In this document: piece after piece, positions 26,560 through 39,916 of the stretch | How positions within the stretch are numbered: position 1 is the stretch's first letter | How the letters are laid out: every line of letters starts with the position of its first letter | Source of the DNA: Eledone cirrhosa | Taxonomy: Eukaryota | Length of the DNA: 64,000 nt | Assembly: GCA_964016885.1 (NCBI GenBank) | Contig: OZ024743.1 | Location: 285,138,001-285,202,000, forward strand | Direction: 5' to 3' | Made by a program: the position numbers and the translations under genes | The notes under the pieces: generated by a model | Database searches by the model: none | What the model was told of the DNA's origin: nothing | What the model saw: only the letters and a program-made list of their open reading frames with translations

Positions 26560-27682
26560 AGCAAAGTATGGGTGCATAAAAGATGTAGTGGGATCACAGG
26601 TAAGCTAACTAAGAACATAGATTTTACATGTGGCCGGTGCTCTGGTGCAGTAAGTAGCAGCAAGTGCCCACAAAATACTAGCTCTTTCAATTGCGCAGAG
26701 GGTTCTATAGAAATAGTGGACAGCTTCCGTTACCTGGGCGATAAAATCAGCAGTGGGGGAGGGTGCTCTGAAAGTACAGTAGCTAGAGTCAGAACTGGAT
26801 GGAAAAAGTTCAGAGAGCTTATACCACTATTAGCTGCTAAAGGGTTCTCCCTAAAAATGAAAGGCAGGTTGTACGATGCCTGCAATGTTGCATGGCAGTG
26901 AGACCTGGGCATTGTGTGCAGAGGATATATGCAGACTAGAGAGGAACGAAGCTTGCATGCTCCGCTGGATGTGTAATAGTAATATACGTGAACGGCAAAG
27001 CATAAACGAACTAAGGAAAAAATTAGAAATAAGAGGGATCAGATGTTGTTTACTCGAGAGAAGGCTGCGTTGGTATGGACACGTGATGCGCATGAAAGTC
27101 GATAGCTGTATAACAAAGTGCAGGGCAATAAAGATAGACGGTAGCCACGGAATAGGCAGACCTAGAAAAACTTGGGACGAGCTGATAAACTCCGACCTCA
27201 CACACTTACACCTCTCCAAGACAATGTCACTGGACCGAGACATTTGGCGGTACTCAGTAACAGAGAAGACCCGCCTTACCTAAATACATAGTAAAACCTA
27301 CTACAGCCAGTAGGCATCTCTAACAAAATACACCCCCGTCCCACCACCACCACCCCCACCCCATCCACACCACCCCGTTCTATGTAAAGTTATGTTGGTG
27401 CCGCACCATCCAGGCCGAAACAAATGAGATCGTGTAGGTGTCACGACAAAAAAACACACAGTCCACGCTGTAATGTGGCCGTGTAGGCAACACGGTAAAA
27501 ACCTCCCAGCCCCACACTGTAAATGTGGTTGGTGTTAGGAAGGGCATCCAACTGTAGAAAACCTGCCAGACAGTCCTATGCGAGCAAGACAATCACTCTT
27601 GCCTCAAGTGGGACTACCCCCGTCCAAACCCATGCAAGCGTGGAACACGGACGTTAAACGTTGATGATGATGACGATGATGA
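26560..27682 (+). mobile_element. RTE LINE, 5'-truncated, with small internal deletion/frameshift
   Basis: ORFs 26572-26901 and 26876-27283, same 3' UTR and (GAT)n tail. Confidence 0.95.
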
Positions 27683-27757
27683 TAATATATATATATATAT
27701 AATATATATATATAGGAGGATTTTGTAGTTTACTTGAAGCATTGTGTATGGTATATA

Positions 27758-28088
27758 GAAGTTTGAAAGCCACAACAATGCAAAATGGATGGATAAAGAA
27801 GTCAAGTGAAACAAGATGTTATGTGGTTTACCTTAATTTATTTATATATCCTGATATTTCAAGATTAAAATCTCTTCTTCCAAAGAAGAAAAAGAAAACC
27901 CATTTCCAGCAGCATGGTGTAGCGCATTCCATTGAACACTGGACTAGTCCCTTTTATTTTCCTCGGAAGAAGAGATTTTAATCTCAAAATACCAGGACAT
28001 ATAAATAAATTAAGGTAAAATACATAACATCTTGTTTCACTTGACTTCTTTATCTATCCATTTCGTATTGTCATGGCTTTCAAACTTC
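27758..28088. repeat. Inverted repeat, 124-bp arms (foldback/MITE-like)
   Basis: Arms 27758-27881 and 27965-28088. Confidence 0.9.
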
Positions 28089-28489
28089 AAATTCTATATA
28101 TATATATATATGTATTTATATATATATATGGAACCTCCTACATGAGGATCCAACTACTCACCCAATTATTCAATGCTTAAATCCATGGTAAGATATCAAA
28201 TCAGCTTTAGATTAGCAATACCTACAAACTGAACCATTGAGCAACATACAGTGGTTTGATTATAATGATTAAACCTTGTGTAGAACCGTCCTTTCTTATG
28301 GCCTTGCAAAATAACATTAAGTTGGTACAAGGTATGCCAGAAACTCAGATAACAACAGACTTCAGGCTGTAACAGCCATGCATCTCTAAGATGTAATACT
28401 TATTGCTGATGCTACTGCCGTTTCTTCTTCTTCTTCTTCTTCTTTTTCTTCTTTTTTCTTCTTCTTCTTCTTCTTCTTCTTCTTCTAGC

Positions 28490-29560
28490 AGGTCCTGTCA
28501 GAAGTAACTGTCTCTAAATGATCCAATTGATCCATGGATTTGCTTGGATCTCCAAACAAGACCAGTCGAGGAAATGGATGTTATTTGTCCAGTGATTCTT
28601 TCATTAGGCATTCTAATCATAGGCCTGTAATATTGGAGCTGTGATCTCTCAATTCAAAGAAGTAATGGAGTAACTCTTTGATCTCTGAGCTATGCACTCT
28701 TTTGGCTGCTTATATTCACAAGGTAAGGGTTGGCACACACACCAAATTGAAGATAGCAAGTTTGGCTTTTACACCTACCTCCCTTTTTCTAATGACTGAA
28801 TGCTAAAGCTGACACATTACTGCACCAGCCCCTGTAATTCTTACACTTAATTCAGCTTCCTGCCTACCACCACTCGTGAATATGACCCCGAGATACTTGA
28901 ACTTTTCTGCCTGCGTCAGTGGAACTCCACTCATATGTAGAATGCACTGCATAGGCTTCCTAGAGAGAATGAGTGTCTCAGTCTTCACAGCACTGATTTT
29001 CATTCCAGCTGTGCAGCAATGCATCCAACCTATCAAGTGCATGTCGGAGATCACCTTCTGAATTCTAACTGACTGATTCTACACCCACCAGTCATGATAT
29101 CACTTCCAGCTTGGCTGCACATGTCAAGCCTGTTCATAGAGACTATGACCAGGAGAGGTGACTGTTCGCACCCTTGAAAGAATCCAACTCCCATATTGAA
29201 TGGTTTTGATTTAGCACTATTTATCTGAACACAAATACTAGGGCATTTGTATAGAGACATCAGGGCAACAAGAAGTTGACTATCAATCCCATATTCCTAC
29301 AGATCCTTCCACAGCAGGTCCTGTGGAACAGGGTCATATGCCTTTCCAAGGTCTATGAAACAAGCATACACCTCTTGCAGTACTCCGATGATTTCTCAAA
29401 GACCTGTCACAGTGTGAAAATTTGGTCAGCTGTGCTGCATCCAGGGTGGAAACCACACTATTCATCAGCTAGCTTGAACTCAACAATCTCCTTACATCTC
29501 TTTACTAGACACTTAACATAGACTTTACTGGGGTGGCTTAACAAGGAGATCCCTCTATGA
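28490..29560 (-). mobile_element. Decayed RTE LINE (Rex3/Expander-like)
   Basis: HRGISLLS, KAYD-like and FKYLGVIFTS motifs with many stops. A related 3' end lies at about 690-830 (+). Confidence 0.75.
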
Positions 29561-30052
29561 TTGTCAATGCCAACACTAATATTTCATTCTATTTTATCTA
29601 TTAAGTATTCTTATTTTGTTTGTGATAACACTTTAGATTTAATATTTATATAGCTCTATATTAGCTAAAATGGAAAGACAAAAACAAAATCTTGTAATAT
29701 AGAAATATATAATCTACTATCCATACTGAGGCTCTGAACAACATTCTTGTTTTTGTCAGTCAGCCAGGCATCAGCATGTAGTTGAATATTTTATCAGCAG
29801 AAAGCTTTTGTAATTCATATATGGCTGTTTATGTACAATGGGAATTGACAGTACTCTACTGAAAAAGTCAAATACATACCTAGGAAACTTTTATCAAGCA
29901 AAAATGATTACTAGAGGGTTCCAACTAGGACAAGGCAATAAAGAATTTGCAAAAGTGAGGGAATATGGTTTAACTCTTTCATGACCATATTTCTTATGAA
30001 ATGCACTCTATTTCAATTAATTAATCAAGAATTTTGAGGAATTTACTAACAT

Positions 30053-30245
30053 TGGTGAATTGGCAGTATCAGTAGAGGGTCGGACACCATGCTTTCCAGC
30101 ACAGTTACATCCCTTTACTGTCTAAGTTCAAATCCCATTGAGGTTAACTTTGCCTTTCATCCTTATGGGATCGATAAAATAAAGTACCAGTAATGTACTG
30201 GGTAATTGCTGGCCTTGTGCCAAAAGTAGAAACAATTATTAATTA
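30053..30245 (+). mobile_element. tRNA-derived SINE inserted in a MITE
   Basis: Same family. Confidence 0.85.
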
Positions 30246-31173
30246 TTTCATTACTAAGATAGTAACTTAATGTAAGGTTCTTATATAACATTATGTTGTA
30301 AGATTTTAATTTAAATTGGAAACCTTTAATATGGGTGCCTTTATTTTATAGAATGAGAGCTGGTTTTGGTTGAGTTAGTAACTAAAGGGTTATATGTGAA
30401 CAGTTTTTGCAGATAAACTGAGAATTATTTTAGTATGCAAACGAATAAACAAGAATGCCAAATAAGAATGAAAAATATGAAGCTTAAAGCTATTGATTAA
30501 ATAAAATAGAGAAACATTAAAAAACAAAATCTAATGACAGACATAAAATGTCTGTCATTTATACCAACAGTAGATATTTTATTTCTGTATAACTAGATTT
30601 GGTATTTGAGTGTCACTAAGTTTGATATTTTTCATCATATTCAGACATTATTATCATCATCATTGTTATGTAGTTGAACTCAGTACTGAAAATAACAAAT
30701 TATCTGTCAATTTTACTGTTACTGCTTCTAGCAAAGGTCTTTAACCCTTTCATTATCATATTTATAATGAAAGATACTGTTAATAATTCCCAATCATTTT
30801 GAAAATAAGTATTTGGCAGATTTAATAATATAACTACCACCCCAAAATTTATAAAGCAAAGAGCTGAAACAATTGTCTCAAGGCATCTTCTTCAATGTTC
30901 TAATAATTCCACCAATCCACTACCCTGGGTTGGTACTTTATTTTATTCACCTTGAAAGGATGTGGTGATAAGGACCATTGAATTTCCAGTTGATAATCCA
31001 ATAATCTATTGACAGGTATTAGTGAAAAAGATATATGTAAGCAACAAAATTCATAGAATCACCTCTGAAGACTTCATCTTCAGAGATGAGTAAGAAATGC
31101 CTGACAAAACCAATGTCTCTTCAAGCCATACCCATTAGTAGATTTGAAGTCATCCCTATAAGGAAACAAATTA

Positions 31174-31379
31174 CCATATATACTCAAATATAAACCAATC
31201 TGAATATAAGCCAACCACCCCACTATTTTACGTCTGAGAAATATGCAAAAATCCAAACCCTCATTTATAAACCAAGGTAGCTAATCAACATAGTTTAGAT
31301 AGCGTATATAAACAAACCTCCCATTTTACCATCAATTTTTGGGTTACATATTCCATGGCTTATATTCTAGTATATAAAG
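31174..31379. mobile_element. pogo/Tc2-like MITE
   Basis: TA flanks, imperfect TIRs of about 23 bp. Confidence 0.6.
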
Positions 31380-33179
31380 TATGCATTATTATTCCATTGC
31401 TGCTATTACTGTTTACATCAATAGCTTGTTCCTATATTGTTATAGCTATCTACAGAGATATTGGTGGACTGAGATATTTAAAAGCTAAATGACTTGACCA
31501 TAGACACTATGTTGTACCAGTGACAGGCTGTGTTGTACCATAGATACTGTGTTGTATCAATGACAAGCTGTGTTGTACCAGAGACACTATGTTATACCAG
31601 TGACAGGCTGTGAAACTCTGAGGTCTGACCTCTGACTCTTTACCCAGTAGCTAGTAGACCAATACTCTATCATCTCAATTATCTGTTACTCACCAATTGG
31701 ATATATTCATAATAATAATGGTTTCTGATTTAGGCGCAAGGCAAACAATTTTTTTTTTTGGGGGGGGGGGGTCAATTAAATGGAACCAGTGTGTTACTGG
31801 TACTTTATTTTATTGACCCTGTAAGGATAAAAGGAAAAGCAAACCTCAGCGATATTTAAACTTAGAACATAATGGGCATTTATCTAGTGGGTGGCAGTTA
31901 CACTTAGTGGCCTTCCTGTGTATTGGCTCTTCATTATAGTCTGATGTGTGGCTTGTATTAGGCTGGGAAGTTGGTCTGTTTATGTTGTGTTGGTGCATCG
32001 TATATTGTCAACCAGCTGGTTGCAATGCTGTTATAGTGTTGTCTTTGATGTTAGATGTTGTATTGCTGGTATGTGGACTAATATTTTAGGAATTATACAC
32101 ACACCCTTTCAATTCTCTTACCCTCACATATGGTATCAATCATTTATTATTACCATTGTTACTCTCATTCTATACCTCTACTATCTTTATTACCATCGGA
32201 CATATAAATCCCTACGTTTATATATTTTTATTTACTTTACTTTATTCTATTATATTGTTTCTAGCCATATTCTTTTTCATCTTAATGTCTGTATACCTAT
32301 ATTTGTATTTTTATTTTTTTATTCTTGTATTTTTTTTTTTATTTTATCTTATTATTTCTTATTTCATTTTGCTTTTCATCTTGTTATTTCTCACCTTATT
32401 GTCTGTACACCTCAGTATAAATGCGCTGTATCGCCAGTTCTAAAACAGTATTTTGATAATTTGGCTGGTATAAGCAGTATCTAAAATCAAATGTCACAGC
32501 AGCACTGCAGATAGCGATTTTGAAATGTACCCACATACTAGCCAATGAAACATATATTAATACTTGGAATAAACTGTATTGTATAGCTTATCCATGTTAT
32601 TCTTCATTCCTTCATTATATATATTTTTATTTATTTATTTATATATATATTGTTGGACCTCCATCGTTTTTGACAAGTGTTCCAGTTGATTCAATCAATA
32701 GAACAGCTTGCTAATGTAATTAATATGCAAATGATTGAGTATTCCACAGACATGTGCACTCTAAGGTAGTAATCAAGGAGATTCTGTTTGATAAAGTGTG
32801 TAACATGACTGGTGTCATGAATTACAAATACAACTCATTTTTGCCAGCTAAGTGAACTGAAGCAATACAAAATAAGTATCTTTCTCAAGCATACAATGTG
32901 CTGTCAAATCTGGGAATGAAACTCATGACTATTTTGAGCCCATCATTCTAACCACTAAACCACAGGCCTTCATGAGGATATATCATCACCATCATCATCA
33001 TTTAACATCCATTTTCCATGCTAGCATGGATTAGATGAGCTGTCCCGTTGTGAGACAAGCCATGTTGGATGACCGTGTTTTGCTCATACAGATCTCTTCC
33101 TAACGCCAACCACATTTACAGTGTGTACTGGATGTTTTTTGTTGTGACACCGACACAACCACTTTACAGTTTGGACTGT

Positions 33180-33830
33180 AATGCTAAATGGTGTTATACT
33201 GAATGATTGGCACAGCAACATTATTGTCAACTGCTACAAGGATAAAGGAGATGCACTAGATAGAGGAAACTATAGAGGCATCAAGTTGATGGACCAGGTC
33301 ATGAAAGGAACAGAAAGAGTTATAGCACAGCTGATTATGGACTGGGTAAATTTAGATGAGATACAGTTCAAATTTGTACAAGGCAAAAGACCCGCAGATG
33401 CTCTCTTCCTGGTGAAGCAGTTGCAGGAAAAGTACCTAGCTTAAAAGTAAATCGCTCTACCTGGCATTTGTTGGTCTGGAGAAAGCTTTTGATAGGTACT
33501 CCATGCCATAATCTCTTAGAAAACTAGGAGTAGATGAGTGGCTTGTGAAGGCTGTACAAGCCATGTATAAGGGAGCGGTCAGCAAAGTTAGGATTAACAA
33601 TGACTATAGCGAGGAATTCAGTGTGCAGGTTGGCGTCCACCAGGGCTCTGCTCTTAGCCCTCTCCTGTTTATTATCATATTGCAAGCTATAACAGAGGAG
33701 TTTAAGACTGGCTGCTCATGGGAACTCCTGTTTGTGGATGATCTTACACTCATAGCAGATTCTTCGGTGGAACTAGAGAAGAAATTCCATACATAGAAGT
33801 AGGGCCTAGAAACAAGGGGTCTAAAAAACA
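33180..33830 (+). mobile_element. RTE LINE RT fragment, decayed
   Basis: NYRGIKLMDQ, GVHQGSALSP and FVDD motifs with stops. Confidence 0.88.
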
Positions 33831-36099
33831 GTTCTGTGTGAGCAAGGTACTGTCACCTGGCCCAACTTACCTCAAACGAGACAACTCATCTAACCCATGC
33901 TAGCGTAGAAAAATAGACATTAAACAGAGATGATGATGATGATATATACATATTTAAATACAGTAAAACACACATACTTGTATATATACATATGCATACA
34001 AGTATGGAGTCTGTATTTACAGGTGTGTATTGTAATGAGATTAATAAACACACTCATCATATGTACACCACCACTACCAGCATTACTATTAAATCCAACA
34101 AAAGTTCAACCTTTTATCCTTAAAAAGGTATTAATGACAATAAGCATAGCAGTATGGACTAACAGTTCCAACAAAACCTAAAAGCCATATATCGTCATCA
34201 TCGATTAACATCTATCTTCCATGTTAGCATATATATGGAGAGAGAGAGCAAGAGAGAGAGAGAGATACATAGATATGTAAAACACACATACTTAACGTGA
34301 AATTAATTACTTTTAATATGTTTTGTCATTTCCTTGAACTATACATATATTCATATATACGTGTATGTGTATATGTATGTGTGTGTGTATATGTATATAT
34401 ACATATATTGTTTAGGTCCAGATACATGTTAGTGCCTGTATATAAGATATTCAAAGAAGATTAAGAAACACTGTTTATGTGAACTCACTGTAACATCCCT
34501 TTTTCCAATATATCAGCAAAATTTCAATTGTTAAAGGGAACTAGAATGGTGTATGAGATGAATCTTTAGTTCCAAGTCAGTCCTGGTCAAAGACGTTCCA
34601 ACCATGACCATCCCATCTATCTTCAAGCATAATATATCTAATGTTACATTAAATCTAAAGTCTGTCTTCGGCCCTGAGGCTCATTAGGCTAGTGCTTATC
34701 CCGGTTTCCCTGTTGTGAAGTGACTGAGAGTACAGGACTCCCTCTGGGACAGGATGCCAGTCCATTGCAGGGTTAGATCTCCAGATATTGCTGGTACTCG
34801 TTTTTAGGGGAGTATACTGGAGCAATGTAATATGAAGTGTTTGGCTCAAGAACACATTACACAACCCAATCCAGAAATCAAACCCACGGCATTATGATCT
34901 TAAGTCCAACACACCTACCACTAGGCCATATGCCTCCACTAGTGTTACATTATCTTTAGATGTTATTCTGGGTTTTTTTTTATTAGTAGGGTGCGATTTA
35001 AGGAAGATTTAGTTGTTATTTGCAGCAGGTCAAATACCCATGTAGAAGCTCCCTCATTGACTTATGATATAAAGGGAAGTTATGCCACAAGAATTTTAGC
35101 TACTTAGCTATAAGTTCCCCTTTACTAACAATAGAGACCAATGTTGCCCAAACTTTTTTTAAGTCTTACCTCCTTTAAGAAAATATATTTCATCAGTGCC
35201 TCTGCATACCACCATTGGTAAAAAATAATACATAAATTACATTTTAATAATTAATTTTTAAGAATTTATTGTATGACCAAAAATATAATGTACAAAAGTA
35301 TCTAAAATTATTTTAGTCTAAAAACACAATCAAAAATTGATTTTCATAGTTGAGAATATCTTCAAATTGTTTGGAGAAAACTTTGTGTAACACTTCCAAA
35401 TGATAACAGTAGGCCTGAACAGCATGTGTTTGTCTTTTCTTTTAGTAAAGAAAATTACAGGACCTGGTAAAATTCCCCATGTTCAAGTTGTGTTTCAACC
35501 TAGTATGCTTTGAAACAAATGCATATACAATAACCTTCATTATAATCAAATTTGGGTGGGACAAATTGGCAGAGGCGTTAAAATGTCAGATAGAATACCT
35601 TGCAGCATTTGTTCTAGCTCTCTGAGTTCAAATCCTGCTGTGGTCAATTTTGCCTTCATCCTTTCAAGATCAATAAAAAAAAAAATTTTAAAAAGGTACT
35701 AGTCCAGTACTGGGGATTGTCTCTTCCTTTCTCTCAGCCAATTTCTTCCAGAGAAGGAAAAAGAGTATGTTTAGACCTGGGCGGGAATGAGCTCTGTTAG
35801 CTTTAAAGTGCCCGAGACTCACCATATGTCACTTTTAAACACTTTCAAGTTGTCTTTGTTTTCAAAATCTAATTGTTTTCAGATTTCAAATTCCAAAGCT
35901 GTCAGCAAGTTATTGAATTATTGTTGCTTTGCACTGTCTGAATAACAATAACCTCTTGAATCCCTGTCTCTAACTCTTTTACACAGTCACATACATCCAC
36001 AGTATAACTTTATCTTTGATAGGTTTTCAGTCAGTATTGGCTCAAACTATGTCTAATGAAATAAATAGCACCACCTGGTGAAGTCTTTTAAGTCATATT

Positions 36100-36720
36100 T
36101 TAGGCACCAAAGCCCACTCAAGTAAGTTGTTGTTAGCCAAAACATATCCAGGTCTAGGTGGTTTATTTGGTATATCACCAAGGAGTTTGTTCAGAAACTG
36201 TTTGAAAGTTATGGGATTCTTTTCATCATTAATTTGTTTCAGTGTGATGTTGAGGGCTGGACCAGTTGAGGTGAAAATAGTTCTATTGTAATGTTATGTG
36301 ATACAAGCTTGTTTTTTGTAGGGGACATATGGTATGAGAGCCAAGCCTTGAGTGATATTTTAAAGTTGATACTAGCATCATTTGGGTAATACTGATGCAA
36401 TATTTTCTACATCATACCCATAATGGAGCACTTGTGACAACATTAAAGAAAATAGAGTTAGAGCTTTTGGAGCCAATCCAAAAGCCTATCATGCCATCTA
36501 ATTTTTTCTATTGATCTTCAATTCTCATAATGCTTTGTTTCATACGGGGAGATTACAGCAGACAACCGTATTCAAAGCAAGATTAAGCAAAAATAGAAAA
36601 GAGATGGATAATAGTGCCTGGGTCTCTATACTTACTTATACAGTGAACACAAATCTTGCATTTATATATCAAAATCAATTTAATCAACTCTATCCTTCTT
36701 CTACACAAATTGGCCTTGTC
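36100..36720 (-). mobile_element. Highly decayed CR1-type 3' region
   Basis: TFKQFLNKLLGDIPNKPPRPGY resembles the CR1 C-terminus. Confidence 0.5.
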
Positions 36721-38449
36721 ATATTGTTGTAGGGAAAAACCCTGAACACCCTTGCATAACTAAATGTGGACTAGTCGAAAAGCCTATAAATAATAACTGA
36801 AGTGAACTGTCAGGTAGACTGCATGTACGTAGTCTCTCGTTGGTAGTTTGAAATTACGCCTGGTGAATACTTTGGTTTTACCCTCGTTTCGTACAGATAT
36901 ACTAAACAGGTGTCACACTATAACACACACAACTAATTATTTGTGTTGTGTTATACAAAGTACACAGCTCTTTATCTCAGTTTGGCTGACAAAAAAGAAA
37001 CAGGTTCCACATCTACTTATGACTATAAGAAATCCATTCAGTTGTGAAAACAAATCGTCTAATAAAAAAAAAACAAGCTCATCCATGTATTGAAATGACA
37101 AAATGAATTGTGTATTGGTCTAACAGCTCAGGAATTCATATTCAATGCAGCTATTTTGTTGACTCTGAACATCACACTTATGCATTTCACACTGACTTCT
37201 TCATTTAAAAGTATTATCTATAACTGATGTTTTATTGAAACAGAAACCCTCTTCTCATAACACTATATAGCCTGGAGTCTTTGTAGCCAGCAAAAAGTAA
37301 CTTATAACCTTAAGGCCATTAAGCCTCATTATAGCAGTTAGGTGAGAAAATGTCTTTCCACACATTACATCATTTCCCTTCTCGTTTATTCTCTCTCGCT
37401 CCAGCCTACTCTTTCCATTTCATACTTTTGTTCTTTCATTTTTGCCCAATCCAAATCTCTTTCCTTCTTATGCACATTTCAAAGCAGATAAAGAAAAAGA
37501 AAATTTTTATTTCCTGCAAAGTTCTTACACAACTGTCAACAATCAACTACTAAACACTTTACATGACTTTTTAAAAAAATGAAACAAACAACTAAAAAAA
37601 ATAACAAGGATTTAATTGGAAAAAAGAACCACTAAACTTCAGAATAAAAAATAATCTGAAAATTTTATTATTACATGTTTTTTTTACATAGCTCCAAATC
37701 CACAGATCATGATTTATTTTAATGGCACAATGCCTCAGATCATGATTTATTTTAAAGGCACAATACCTCAGATCATAATTTCTCAAAAAGATCTATAGAG
37801 AATCAAAAGTTTGGTAAGTTGTGGCATTAGAATCCATAAGAATGGATTCAGCTGAGAATCAGTCTCAAATCATGAAAAATGTTACTGAAGTTATTACCAC
37901 TATAGCTAGCACCTATCACAATAACAATAACAGATTTTCCATCGTTGTAATGATTCAGATCTATTGTTGAGGAAGAGGAAATGGGAAACAGGAAATTGTG
38001 ATGTTACAACAATATTAACCCTTTAACATTTAAACCGGCCATGTCTGGCCAGAATTTTCTCACCTCTTTCTGCTCAAATTGGCTGTAACTAACCGTTCAT
38101 ACTGATGTTTATGTACTGTTTGCAAAATAAATATCAAAATCTCCTAGATTCAATATTGTGATGTAAAGCCTTTACCATGAAAATATAATAGTAAATATAG
38201 AGTAATATAAGTGCTAAAGGGTAACAATGAAGGTCATGTGATTCAGTTTGGAATTTGAAACAGTCAACTCATTACTAGACATCATGGCACTAGCTATACT
38301 AATAATGCCTCAGATCCAAATCCACACATTTATAGGGAGAGGGGATAAGACTGTGGCATTCATGCTTTTATCAAAGGCATAAACAATATAAGGAATAAAA
38401 ATATTAAAAAAACAGCTTGCCATGAGTTCACCAGTATAGCATGCTCTTC

Positions 38450-38798
38450 AATAATTTCTTACTTGGCAAAAAGCCACAAATTTGTAAGGCAAAGTTAACC
38501 TCGGCAGGATTTGGACTCAGACCATAAAGAGCCATAACTCTTTGCTGCAAAGCATGGCGTCTAACCCTCTACCAATACTGCCAATCCACTGCTCTTAATA
38601 TTTTATAATATAATAATTGTTTCTACTTTAGGCACAAGGCCAGCAATTACCCAGTGCATTACTGGTACTTTATTTTATCGACCCCGTAAGGATGAAAGGC
38701 AAAGTCAACCTCGGCGGGATTTGAACTCAGATCGTAAAGGAACGTAACTATGCTGGAAAGCATGGCGTCCGACCCTCTACTGACACTGCCAATCCACC
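38450..38798 (-). mobile_element. Two adjacent tRNA-derived SINEs
   Basis: Copies at about 38450-38595 (internally deleted) and 38613-38798. Confidence 0.85.
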
Positions 38799-39574
38799 AA
38801 ATTTTAATAATTAGTTGTTGTTGAAGTTTTCATATAGAAATCTTCTGAGATTCAACCTCCAATTGTTTTGTTTCAGATTATTTTTAAATTCTTATGTGCA
38901 GCATTTGAGTATTTTAAATTGGAATCAGTCTTTTTTTCTTTTGTTTTTGCTATTTTTGCTTTGTTTTTAATTTATTTTAAATATATAAATATATTTGATT
39001 TAAAACTCACTTATAGCTTAGCTTCATCAAATACTGGTAACAGCTTGAAATGTGAATATTTTACTGAGATTTAGATTCTGTTGTGATTAGTTTTGAAAGC
39101 TTTTAACTGCAAAAAAAACTGCACATCTCTTTATAAACACACACATAGTTATGTGTGGTGTATGGTGTGTGGTGTGTGTGTGTAAGTTTGTGTGTGTAAG
39201 TTTGTGTGAGTGTATACATGTAGCCAATGCTAAAGTAGTTGAGAAAGAGAAATGGGCTGGGTGGTAAGAAAGGGAGAGTGGAATGTTTATAGAATATTGC
39301 TAGCAGCGAAAGTGGATGTTAAATCAGGATGATGATTGTTATTGGCAGCAAAAGAAATAGTTATTATATCAGTGTAATTAGTAAAGAAATAAAACTATCA
39401 CATAAAGCAGATTCTGTCAGAGATATCGTAATGGGAAATGGTAATAAGGAAGCCAGGAAGAGATAGACAGGTGGGGTAAAGAATGTTGGAGAACATCAGT
39501 GGAAACAATGTAAGTTTGGAAGACTTTAGAGGAAGGCCTTGATTGAGCCCAGTCCAACATTTGTCCAGCTACAG

Positions 39575-39680
39575 CAAGGGCCACAAGTGAGCCTGGTTCA
39601 AATAGGGGCCATGAGTGAGCCTGGTTAAGATAAGGGCCACAAGTGATCCTGGTTAAGATAAGGGCCACGAGTGAGCCTAA
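39575..39680. repeat. Tandem repeat of about 27 bp just 3' of the GCAT stop
   Basis: agggccacaagtgagcctggttaagat-like unit, about 4 copies. Confidence 0.85.
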
Positions 39681-39806
39681 ACAAAATGACAGCTAGAAGT
39701 AAAAGTAAAACCTGTTTAGAAATAGGGAGAAAGGGGAAAATTCCAACACCAGCAGCATCAGCAGCAATAATAGCATTTGTTTTCTTTTTTTTTATCATTA
39801 CTTTTT

Positions 39807-39916
39807 CTAATTGACAACTTTGAGTTCTTTACCAATATTTATGAATGCAGCCACAGCACGGTCAATATCCTCTTCGGAATGGGCAGCAGATATTTGAGCT
39901 CTGATCCGAGCTTTAC
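39807..39916 (-). CDS. GCAT: GCAT last coding exon ([35 protein letters not shown])
   Basis: tttcag acceptor, TAG at 39807-39809. Confidence 0.96.
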
